DNA of 64,000 nucleotides, from assembly GCF_046119375.1 (NCBI RefSeq), contig NW_027362797.1:1612001-1676000 (forward strand). Direction: 5' to 3'. Positions within the stretch are counted from its first letter, which is position 1. Each line of letters starts with the position of its first letter. This document shows positions 33,701 to 43,387 of the stretch, in pieces. This DNA comes from Phyllobates terribilis. Taxonomy: Eukaryota. A program made the position numbers and the translations under genes. The notes under the pieces were generated by a model. The model was not told the origin of the DNA, ran no database searches, and saw only the letters and a list, made by a program, of their open reading frames with translations.

Positions 33701-36700
33701 GCGTGTCTCCGCTCCGCACACCTCGTAGACGCGTGTCTCCGCTCCGCACACCTCGTAGACGCGTGTCTCCGCTCCGTACACCTTGTACACGCTCGGCTTC
33801 GCTCCGCACACCTCGTACACGCGAGTCTCCGCTCCGTACACCTCGCATACGCGCGGCTCTATTCTGCTCCGCACACCTCTTACACGCGCGGCTCCGCTCC
33901 GTACACCTCTTACACGCGCGGCTCCGCTCCGTACACCTCTTACACGCGCGAATTTGCTCTGTACACCACGAACACGCGCGGCTCCGCTCCGCACACCTCG
34001 TACACGCATGGCTCTGTTCCACACACCTCGTACACGCTCGGCTCCGCTCCGTACACTTCGTACACGCGCAAATCCGCTCTGTACACCACGAACATGCGTG
34101 GCTCCGCTCCGTACACCTCGTACACGCGCGGCTCCGCTCCGTACACCTCGTACACGCGCGGCTCCGCTCCGTACACCTCGTACACGCGCGGCTTCGCTCC
34201 GTACACCTCGTGTACGCGCGGCGCCATTCTGCTCCGCACACCTCGTACACGCGCGGCTCAGCTCCATGCACCTCGTACATGCGCGTCTCCACTCTGCTCC
34301 GCACAACTCGTACACGCTTGTCTCCGCTTCGTACACCTAATACACGCACGGCTCCGCTCCGTACACCTCGTACACGCGTAGATCTGCTCCGTACACCTCG
34401 TACACACGCTGGGCTCCCTTCCGTACACCTCGTACACGTGCGGCTCCGCTCCGTACACCTCGTACACGCGCGTCTCCGCTCCGTACACCTCGTACACGCT
34501 CTGCTCCACTCCGTACACCTCGTACACGCGTGGCTCCGCTCCGTACACCTCGCACACGCTCCGCTCCATACACCTTGTACTTGCGCGGCTCCGCTCTGCT
34601 CCGCACAACTGGTACACGCGCGGCTCAGCTCCGTACACCTCGTAAACGTGCGGCTCCGCTCTGTACACCTCGTACACGTGCGGCTCCGCTCCGCACACCT
34701 CGTACATGCGTGGCTCTTCTCCGTACACCTCGTACACACGCGGCTCTGCTCCGTACACGCACGGATCCGCTCCGCTCTGTACACCTCGTACATGCGCGGC
34801 TCCGCGTCGTACACCTCGAACACGTGCGGCTCCGCGTCGTACACCTCGAACACGTGCGGCTCCGCGTCGTACACCTCGAACACGTGCGGCTCCGCGTCGT
34901 ACACCTCGAACACGCGCGGCTCCGCTCCGTATTTCTCGTACACGCTCGGCTCTGCTCCATACACCTCGTACACGCGCTTCTCTGCTCCATACATCTCATA
35001 CACGCACGGCTCCGCACCGTACACCTCGTACACACGCGGATCCTCTCCGCACACCTCGCACACACGCGGCTCTGCTCTGTACACCTTGTACACGTGCGGC
35101 TCTGCTCCGTACACCTCGTACACGCGTGGATCCGCTCTGCTCCGCACACCTCGTACACGCGTGGATCCGCTCTGCTCCGCACACCTCGTACACGCGCGGC
35201 TCTGCTCTGCTCCACACACCTCGTACACGTGCGGCTCCGCTCCGTACACCTCGTACACGCGCGGCTCCGCTCCGTACACCCCGTACATGCGCGGATCCGC
35301 TCTGCTCCGTACACCTCGTACACGCACGGATCCGCTCCGTACACCTCTTACACGTGCGGCTCCGCTCCGCACACCTCGTACACACGCGAATACGCTCCGT
35401 ACACCTCGTACACACGTGGGATCCGCTCCACTCCGTACAGCTCGTACACGCGCGGCTCCGCTCCGTACACCTCGTACACACATGTCTCCACTCCGCACAC
35501 CTCGTACACGCGTGGGATCCGCTCCGCTCTGTACATCTCGTACACACGCGGCTCCGCTTCGTACACCTCGTACACACGCTGCTCCGCTCCGTATACCTCG
35601 TACACGCGCGAATCCGCTCCGTACACCACGAACACGTGCGGCTCCGCTCCGCACACCTCGTACACACTCGGCTCCGCACACCTCATATACGCGCGTCTCC
35701 GCTCTGCTCCGCACACCTCGTACACGCGTGGATCCGCTCTGTACACCACGAACACGCGTGGCTCCGCTCCGTACACCTCGTATACAGGCTTGTCTCCGCT
35801 CCGTACATCTTGTACACGCTCGGCTCCGCTCCGTACACCTCGTATACGCGCGGCTCCGCTCCGTACACCTCGTACACGCGCGGCTCCGCTCCGTACACCT
35901 CGTATACGCGCGGCTCCGCTCCGTACACCTCGTATACGCGCGGCTCCGCTCCGTACACCTCTTATACGCGCGGCTCCGCTCCATACACCTTGTATACGCG
36001 CGGCTCCGCTCCGTACACCTCGTGTACGAGCGGCTCCATTCTGCTCCGAACACTTCGTACACGCGCGGCTCCGCTCCGTACACCTCGTACACTCGCGGCT
36101 CCTCTCTGTACACCTCTTACACGCGCGGCTCCGCTCCGTACACCTCGTACACGCTCTGCTCCGTACACCTTGTACACGCGCGGCTCTGCTCTGCTCCACA
36201 CACCTCGTACACGTGCAGCTCCGCTCCGTACACCTCGTACACGCGTGGCTCCGCTCCGTACACCTCGTACACGCAGGTCCGCTCCGCACGCTCGTACACG
36301 CGCGGCTCCGCTCCGCACGCTCGTACACGCGCGGATCCGCTCCGTACACCACGAACACGTGCGGCTCCGCTCCACACACCTCGTACACGCTCTGCTCCGC
36401 ACACATCGTACACGCGTGGATCCGCTCTGTACACCACGAATACGCGTGGCTCCGCTCCGTACGCCTCGTATACAGGCTTGTCTCCGCTCCATACATCTCG
36501 TACACGCTCGGCTCCACTCCGTACACCTCGTATATGCGCGGCTCCGCTCCGTACACCTCGTGTACGCGCGGCTCCATTCTGCTCCGCACACTTCGTACAC
36601 GTGCGGCTCCTCTCTGTACACCTCGTACACGCGCGGCTCCGCTCTGTACACCTCGTACACGCTCTGCCCCGTACACCTTGTACTCGCGCGGCTCCGCTCT

Positions 36701-37392
36701 GCTCCGCACAACTGGTACACTCGCGTCTCAGCTCCGTACACCTTGTACACGCGCTGATCCGCTCCGTACACCTTGTACACGCGCTGATCCGCTCCGTACA
36801 CGTCGTACACGCGCAGATCCGCTCCGTACACCTCGTACACGTGCCGCTCTGCTCCACTCCGTACACCTCGTACACGCGCGGCTCCGCTCCGTACACCTCG
36901 TACTCGCTCTGCTCCACTCCGTACACCTCGTACACGTGCGGCTCCGTTCCGTACACCTCGTACACGCGCGAATCCGCTCCGTACACCTCGTACACTCGCG
37001 GCTCCTCTCTGTACACCTCGTACACGCGCGGCTCCGCTCCGTACACCTCGTACATGCGCGGATCCGCTCCACTCCGCACACCTCGTACACGCGTAGCTCC
37101 GCTCCGTACACCTCGCACACACGCGGCTCTGCTCCGTACACGCACGGATCCACTCCGCTCTGTACACCTCGTACACGTGCGGCTCCGCTCCGTACACCTC
37201 GTACACGCGCGGCTCCGCTCTGCTCCGCACACCTCGTACACGCGCGGCTCTGCTCCGTACACATCGTACACACAGCTCCGCACACTCGTACACATGCGGC
37301 TCCGCTCCGTACACCTCGTACACGCGCGGCTCCGCTCCGTACACCTCGTACACGCGCGGATCCGCTCCGTATATCTCGTACACGCGCGGCTC
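30761..37392 (+). repeat. 6.6-kb CpG-rich minisatellite, 30-bp unit with 20/25/35-bp variants
   Basis: Unit ~cacctcgtacacgcgcggctccgctccgta, roughly 220 units. Confidence 0.98.
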
Positions 37393-37395
37393 AAC

Positions 37396-37668
37396 TTATT
37401 TAGCTCTGTATGGCAGTATTACCTGGGCGGTGTGTTATTTAGCTCTGTATGGCGGTATTATCCGGGCGGTGTGTTATTTAGCTCTGTATGGCGGTATTAT
37501 CCGGGCGGTGTGTTATTTAGCACTGTATGGCGGTATTATCCGGGCGGTGTGTTCTTTAGCATTGTATGGCGGTATTATCTGGGCGGTGTGCTATTTAGCT
37601 CTATATGGCAGTATTATCTGGGCGGTGTGTTATTTAGCACTGTATGGCGGTATTATCCGGGCGGTGTG
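37396..37668 (+). repeat. 39-bp tandem repeat, 7 copies
   Basis: Unit ttatttagctctgtatggcggtattatccgggcggtgtg. Confidence 0.95.
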
Positions 37669-37689
37669 TTAGGGTACTCTGCCTCCCTC

Positions 37690-38344
37690 CCCTTATGTGC
37701 TGCTGGCCTCGCTCTGCGTGTCCTCCTGCCATGTTGGGTCAGTTACTAGATCATCCACCACCTCCTCCTCTTCCACTTCCGCACCACGGTCCTCCTCCTC
37801 ACTTCGTGGCAATTGTGTCTCATCATCGTCCACCTCTTGTGACAAATTACCAGCGTCGCCTTCCTGTGGCCGTGGCTGTTCAAATATTTGGCCATGGGAT
37901 CTCCTCTTCCACCACTTCAAGCGGAGCAGGCGAGGGGCCCAAATATGGAAATGGACCAGTGAACAGCTCTTCAGAGTGTCCAACTGTGGGATCAGTTGCT
38001 GTCTGACGACACTCGGCATGGTGGGAGAAAGGAGCATCAGGGTGAGGAGGAGTATGCGGTCGAGACTCACGGCTACTAAGATTTGACCGTGTGGAAGACA
38101 GACCGGAGGTGGTGGTGCCCAGGTAACTGGAAGTATTATCTGCTATCCAATTAATAACCTGTTCACACTGATCAGTTCGCAATAGTGGTGTTGTGTGCTT
38201 CCCTAGTAATTCAGTAAAGAACTGGGAGCGAGAAGATGTGGCTGTTGGTTGTGGCACATTTTCACCTTGGCCACAGCCCCGTCCTCTGCACGCACCATCA
38301 CCAGAACGTCCAGTTACACGTCCCTTGCCACGCGCCTTGCCCAT
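37690..38344 (-). pseudogene. N-terminal remnant of a hAT transposase
   Basis: RG-rich start MGKARGKGR, CEQVINWIADN and acidic DDLVTDPTW segments; frameshifted; no catalytic domain; located inside hAT TIRs. Confidence 0.6.
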
Positions 38345-38409
38345 TGTAAAGGAAGTACTATAGCTTACACTCGCACTATCAATAGAAAAAGGGTAATAAA
38401 AAGTAGATT

Positions 38410-39900
38410 AGAACCGTGGAAGAGGAAAACCACAGTTCTATTTCTCTGGCCTACACCCGACTCTTTTAAACAATCTGAACAATCAGGGAGAAACTATTAC
38501 TGTTTTTCTTTACGGAAAAAATACCAAAAGCTGAATAATAGAGACTTTTTACCGTGGAATGGCAAAACCACAGTTCTTGTTTACTGGGGTATACTGTTTT
38601 TTTTTTTTAGGTAAAAATGGCCCAAAAGTGGATAACAAAGAGGTTTGAATCGTGGAACTGCAAAACCACAGTTCTATTTCTCTGGCCTACACCAGAATAT
38701 TTTCAACAAATATATTTGTGTCTGAACAATCAGGGAGACACTACTACATTTTTTTTTTATGGCAAAAAATGCCAAAGGCAGGATAATAGAGATTTTTTAC
38801 CGTGGAACAGCAAAACCACAGCTATAATTTACTGGTGTATACCAGACTCTTTTAAACACATATATTGGTGTCTGAACAATCAGGAGACACTATTACTGTT
38901 TTTCTTTACGGAAAAAATACCAAAAGCTGGATAATAGAGATTTTTTACTGTGGAACTGCAAAACCACAGTTCTATTTCTCGGGCCTACACCAGACTATTT
39001 TAAACAGATATATTGGTGTCTGAACAATCAGGAGATACTATTACTGTTTTTCTTTACGGAAAAAATACCAAAAGCTTGGATAATAGAGATTTTTTACCTT
39101 GGGACGGCAAAACCACAGTTATAATTTACTGGTGTATACCAGACTCTTTTAAACAGATATATTTGTGTCTGAACAATCAGGAGACACTATTACTGTTTTT
39201 CTTTACGGCAAAAGATGCCAAAAGCAGGATAATACAGAGATTTGACCCGTGGAACTGCAAAACCACAGTTCCATTTCTCGGGCCTGCACCAAACTATTTT
39301 CAACAGATATATTTGTGTCTGAACAATCAGGAGGCACTATTACTGTTTGTCTTTGCGGCAAAAAATGCCAAAAGCAGGATAATAGAGATTTTTCATCGTG
39401 GAACGGCAAAACCACAGTTATAATTTACTGGTGTATACCAGACTCTTTTAAACAGATATATTGGTGTCTGAACAATCAGGAGACACTATTACTGTTTTTC
39501 TTTACAGAAAAAATACCAAAAGCTGGATAATAGAGATTTTTTACCGTGGAACGGCAAAACCACACTTCTATTTCTTGGGCCTACACCAGACTATTTTCAA
39601 CAAATATATTTGTGTCTGAACAATCAGGGAGACACTATTACTGTTTTTTTTTACGGTAAAAGATGCCAAAAGTAGGATAATAGAGATTTTTTACCGTGGA
39701 ACGGAAAAAACACAGTTATAATTTACTGGTGTATACCAGACTTTTTAAAATAGATATATTTGCCGCTGAACAGTGAGCGACACACTCAAACTGTTTTTTT
39801 TAAGGTAAAAATGGCCCAAAAGTGGATAATACAGAGGTTTGAACCGTGGAACTGCAAAACCACACTTCTATTTCTCTGGCCTACACCAGACTCTTTTAAA
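38410..39900 (+). repeat. ~149-bp tandem array, ~10 units, alternating A/B variants
   Basis: aaaaccaca(g/c)tt recurs about every 149-150 bp from 38.66 to 39.86 kb. Confidence 0.9.
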
Positions 39901-40910
39901 AAAATATATTTGTGTCTGAACTGTCACAGACACACTTCTTTTTTTTTTTTCTTTTTTTTGGGGGGGGGGCACCAAAAGGTTAATAAGATGGGTATTTGTA
40001 CAGTGTGAAGGAGGGAAAAAAAAAAAAGAGGATTTAGATGAAAAAAAAGGATTTTTCCTGGCCCCCGAGACCTGGAGCTAAGTCCAGCAATTTCAGCAAC
40101 AGGAGCACACAGGACTGTAATGCAGCGTTTGCTGGTATAACCACTGCGTCTCCTATACAGCCTGCCTGCCTGATATCTGGGATGGATATTAGTCCTGAGA
40201 AGGACTGTTTGGTTGATCTGGCAGCCTTTACAGACCCTACACTAACTATTTCGCAGTATATATCTCTCCCTAAATCAGCAGCGCTGTCCCTACACTGTCT
40301 GATCCCAGCCGTCTGTGTCCTAGATGGCGGCGCCCGGTTTTAAATACTCGAGGTGACGCTGTGCGGCCAGCCAATCAATGTAATGCCCACAACCAACATG
40401 GCTGCGGCATTACAGTGACTGGCTGGCAATCCCTGCATGTTCATTGGCTCTGTAAAGAGCGCCAAACGTGCAGGGCGGAGACACAAGCTCCCGCCCGAGT
40501 AACCCGGAAATGCTCGGTGCTCGCCGAACATACCGAGTAGCTTGATGCTCGGGCGAGTACCGAGTAGTGTCGAGCATGCTCGCTCAACACTGCTCCTTAT
40601 CTGTGGAGAAAAAAAAGGAAAAATATATAAAATAATTAATTTATCAGACAATAAGAAACTAAATGAGAAACTAAATATTTCCAAGAATATTCTAAAAATA
40701 ACATTATAGTTTTGAAAATAATAGAGGATTTTTTCTTGCCTCCATCCCAGGTGGATGAGGCCACGCTTGTATCACTTCACTAGTACAGAGGAATTATGGC
40801 ACTTGTAGGAAGAGCTGGTCAACGTGAGCTCTCATTCTGATGTTGCAACTGCCATATCCACTGGAGAGAAGTAGGAAAATGGGGTGGAAAGATGGTGCCA
40901 GCCATGGATA

Positions 40911-41933
40911 TGTGTCACCCTGGCCTGGATGCCACAAATGTATAATAAAGCTGTGTCTGAGAGCAGGAGGGAGGTTCTCTGGTCAGGGACCATTAGCATG
41001 CTGCACATCCTGTCCCAGGCCAATAGGGGGAGCAGGCTGCCCCTATAAATGCTGGAAATGGGGGCAGGGTTAGAGAGAGCTGGACGACCTGTCTCTGAAG
41101 CGAGAGGCGTCCCAGAGAAGGGAGAGTCAGTTGAGCTGTAGCTGAGGAGGTCGTGTGGCAGTAGAAGAGCCACGAGCCAGGGACGGAAGGCGAGGTGAGC
41201 CTGTTCTGGCTGAGAGAGAAACTGATCTACCGGACTTTGGTGTCCGAGGCTGTTAGGATTCCAAGTCTTACAGCAAATAACCAGCCCGCAGGGGATTGTA
41301 TGTCCCTTGGCCTAAGAAGCCCAGAGGTTCCGCCACAGCAGAAGGGACCAGCAAAGTTGCACCAGGCCAAGAGTAGAAAGGGACCCAAGTTGCAAGCCAT
41401 ACGGGCGAGAAGACACGGCGAACTCAGGAACGTGGGCTGTTACACCACGAGGAGGGAAATAGCCAGAAAGAGCGCAGAGAGCACGGTAGGCCTTCACCCT
41501 CACCCTGACCAGGAGGGCTTCCCACTTGTTCTCAGACATCCAGGCCCCCTCATAGCCGGTACTGTTTTTGGGTCGTCTCACCTGTTCCAATAAAGACCCT
41601 GAACTGTTCAAGAGGCCTCCTTTTTCTGGCTATTGCGATCGGAATCATCCCCTCCATCATCCACTTACACTGCCCTGGGGCTACACTCCTCCCGTGGGGA
41701 GTTATACTACTCAGTGCTGCACACTTACATCTGCCCCAGCGGTCTGCACTGCAGCGGCGGTTATCCCTGACCGCAATCCACGGGTGGCGTAGTCGGAACT
41801 TCTCATACATATAACAAAAGACGGTTCCCCTTTAAGCCTGACACCCTGAGCACGAGACCGGGTCGCCACTACTACTCCCCGTCCGCATCCAGAGGCCCGG
41901 CCCTGAGTATCCCACGGCCCAGGGGGCGAGTCA
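40911..41933 (+). repeat. Gypsy C 5' LTR (1,023 bp)
   Basis: TG...CA; TATAAA near 41043, AATAAA near 41589. Confidence 0.96.
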
Positions 41934-41939
41934 GCTTTC

Positions 41940-41957
41940 TGGCGTAGTCGGCAGGAT
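41940..41957 (+). promoter_or_regulatory. Primer-binding site complementary to the tRNA-Ser 3' end
   Basis: TGGCGTAGTCGGCAGGAT is the complement of ATCCTGCCGACTACGCCA, the vertebrate tRNA-Ser 3' end. Confidence 0.92.
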
Positions 41958-42335
41958 TGTGACCAACTCGCCACAAACGGGTATTGCATGCCTAGAAAAG
42001 ACTTCATACTTACCTGAAAAAGAGGTTTCCCGCCATCCGGAGCCATTTCCCGCCATCTTCATCCGTTTCCCGCCATCCTCAGCCGTGTTCCCGCCATTGG
42101 ACGCCATCTTTAGGACGCCGCGCAGGAAGAAGAGAGGCGTGGACGTCCAAACCGCGCGAGACCCGAAGCCACGCCCTACACACCGACGCTGTGCAAGGTC
42201 CTGGAAAGAGTGAGAGCGACGCTGACGTCACCAGGACGCGACGCAAGGTCCTCGCCCGGAGCAGCACCAGCTGAGCCGCGGCCTACGGAAGAGGATCAAC
42301 GGAAGGTAGGCCACGCTTAACTAGGGGGGAGGAAG

Positions 42336-43328
42336 ATGACGGACGCGGAGGGACCTTCTACCACCAGCGTGGCTGCAGCAGCGGTGATGCCGTTCTCCAT
42401 GCCCTACATCCCCGGAGCAGCCTGGCTGCCCCAATACTCAGGGGAATCCCATACCTTAACTGACTTTAAAGAAAGACTACACAGTCTATTTAAAGTTTAT
42501 CCCCTGACAGAAGAACAGAAAGTGAGCATTCTGACGGGGCAGTTAACCGGCGCAGCCCAGCGGGAAGTGAAATCATGGTCAGATGAGGAGAAAAGGACTG
42601 TAAGGGACATTCTGACCCAGCTGCGGAGTACCTTTGACACCCGTACCTCAGCAGAGATCAAAATGCGGTTCTATGGCTGTAAACAGCGGGCACAGGACAG
42701 CATCAGAGACTATGCCCTAAATTTGCAGGAAGCCTTGAGAGCCATCAAACAAGCTGACCCTGTCAGCGTGCAGGATACAGATAAGCTACTAACAGAACAG
42801 TTCATAGAAGGTCTGCTGTCTAGTGCCCACAGAACCCAGCTGCGCCTCATGTTCTTTCAAAACCCTGGTCTAACCTTTGCCCAATTCAAGGACAGGGCAA
42901 TAAGGGTGCTCCGTGAACCTGCACTAAGTGGCGCTATAAACCCCCGGCGCCCTGCTCTCACCTATCACCAGGAGGCAGCGCCCTCTTCTATGGACTCTGT
43001 GGGGGCCGATGCACAGGCCCTGAACCAAGCCCCGTCGAAAGATCTGCATCACCAAGTCCAGGAGCTGACCAGGAGCGTCGCGGCGTTGACCAGGACTGTC
43101 CAGGCGTTACAAGTGGACCCGTCAAGACCCATCGAGTTGGCTTCAAGTCCGGAGGATGTCCCGTGGCGTCGACAGAGGAGAACCCCGTCGTTCCGAGGGA
43201 GGCCCACAGACCGCTACGCAGAGGATGGACAGCCCATTTGCCATCGATGCAGCCAGCCCGGACACATTTCCAGGTACTGTAATTTAAACGGGTCCAACCT
43301 GGGGCAGAGGGCCAAACCCCAGGCATAA
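42336..43328 (+). CDS. Gypsy C Gag (PNMA-like capsid plus CCHC knuckle)
   Basis: 330 aa open frame; CHRCSQPGHISRYC. Confidence 0.9.
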   Translation: MTDAEGPSTTSVAAAAVMPFSMPYIPGAAWLPQYSGESHTLTDFKERLHSLFKVYPLTEEQKVSILTGQLTGAAQREVKSWSDEEKRTVRDILTQLRSTFDTRTSAEIKMRFYGCKQRAQDSIRDYALNLQEALRAIKQADPVSVQDTDKLLTEQFIEGLLSSAHRTQLRLMFFQNPGLTFAQFKDRAIRVLREPALSGAINPRRPALTYHQEAAPSSMDSVGADAQALNQAPSKDLHHQVQELTRSVAALTRTVQALQVDPSRPIELASSPEDVPWRRQRRTPSFRGRPTDRYAEDGQPICHRCSQPGHISRYCNLNGSNLGQRAKPQA

Positions 43329-43387
43329 GATCACCAGGCCCTTACAATTGGCGTAATAAGTACGTTGGGGGGTGCCCGGTTTTACCC

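Larger units (their letters stand above)
30366..40592 (-). mobile_element. hAT DNA transposon, non-autonomous, 10,227 bp, carrying three tandem arrays
   Basis: TIR (T/C)AGTGTTGAGCGAGCA; 8-bp TSD CTCCTTAT (30358-30365, 40593-40600); transposase N-terminal remnant. Confidence 0.95.

Noticed and set aside
30649-37749. Very long ORFs (up to 1,745 aa) in several frames
   Set aside because: The 30-bp unit has no stop codon in any frame and is a multiple of 3, so long periodic ORFs on both strands are expected by-products.
42006-42016. ATACTTACCTG (U1 snRNA 5' end, a perfect antisense splice donor) in the Gypsy C leader
   Set aside because: Only 11 nt with no further U1 sequence, and not preserved in the homologous D leader (atatttaccgt).
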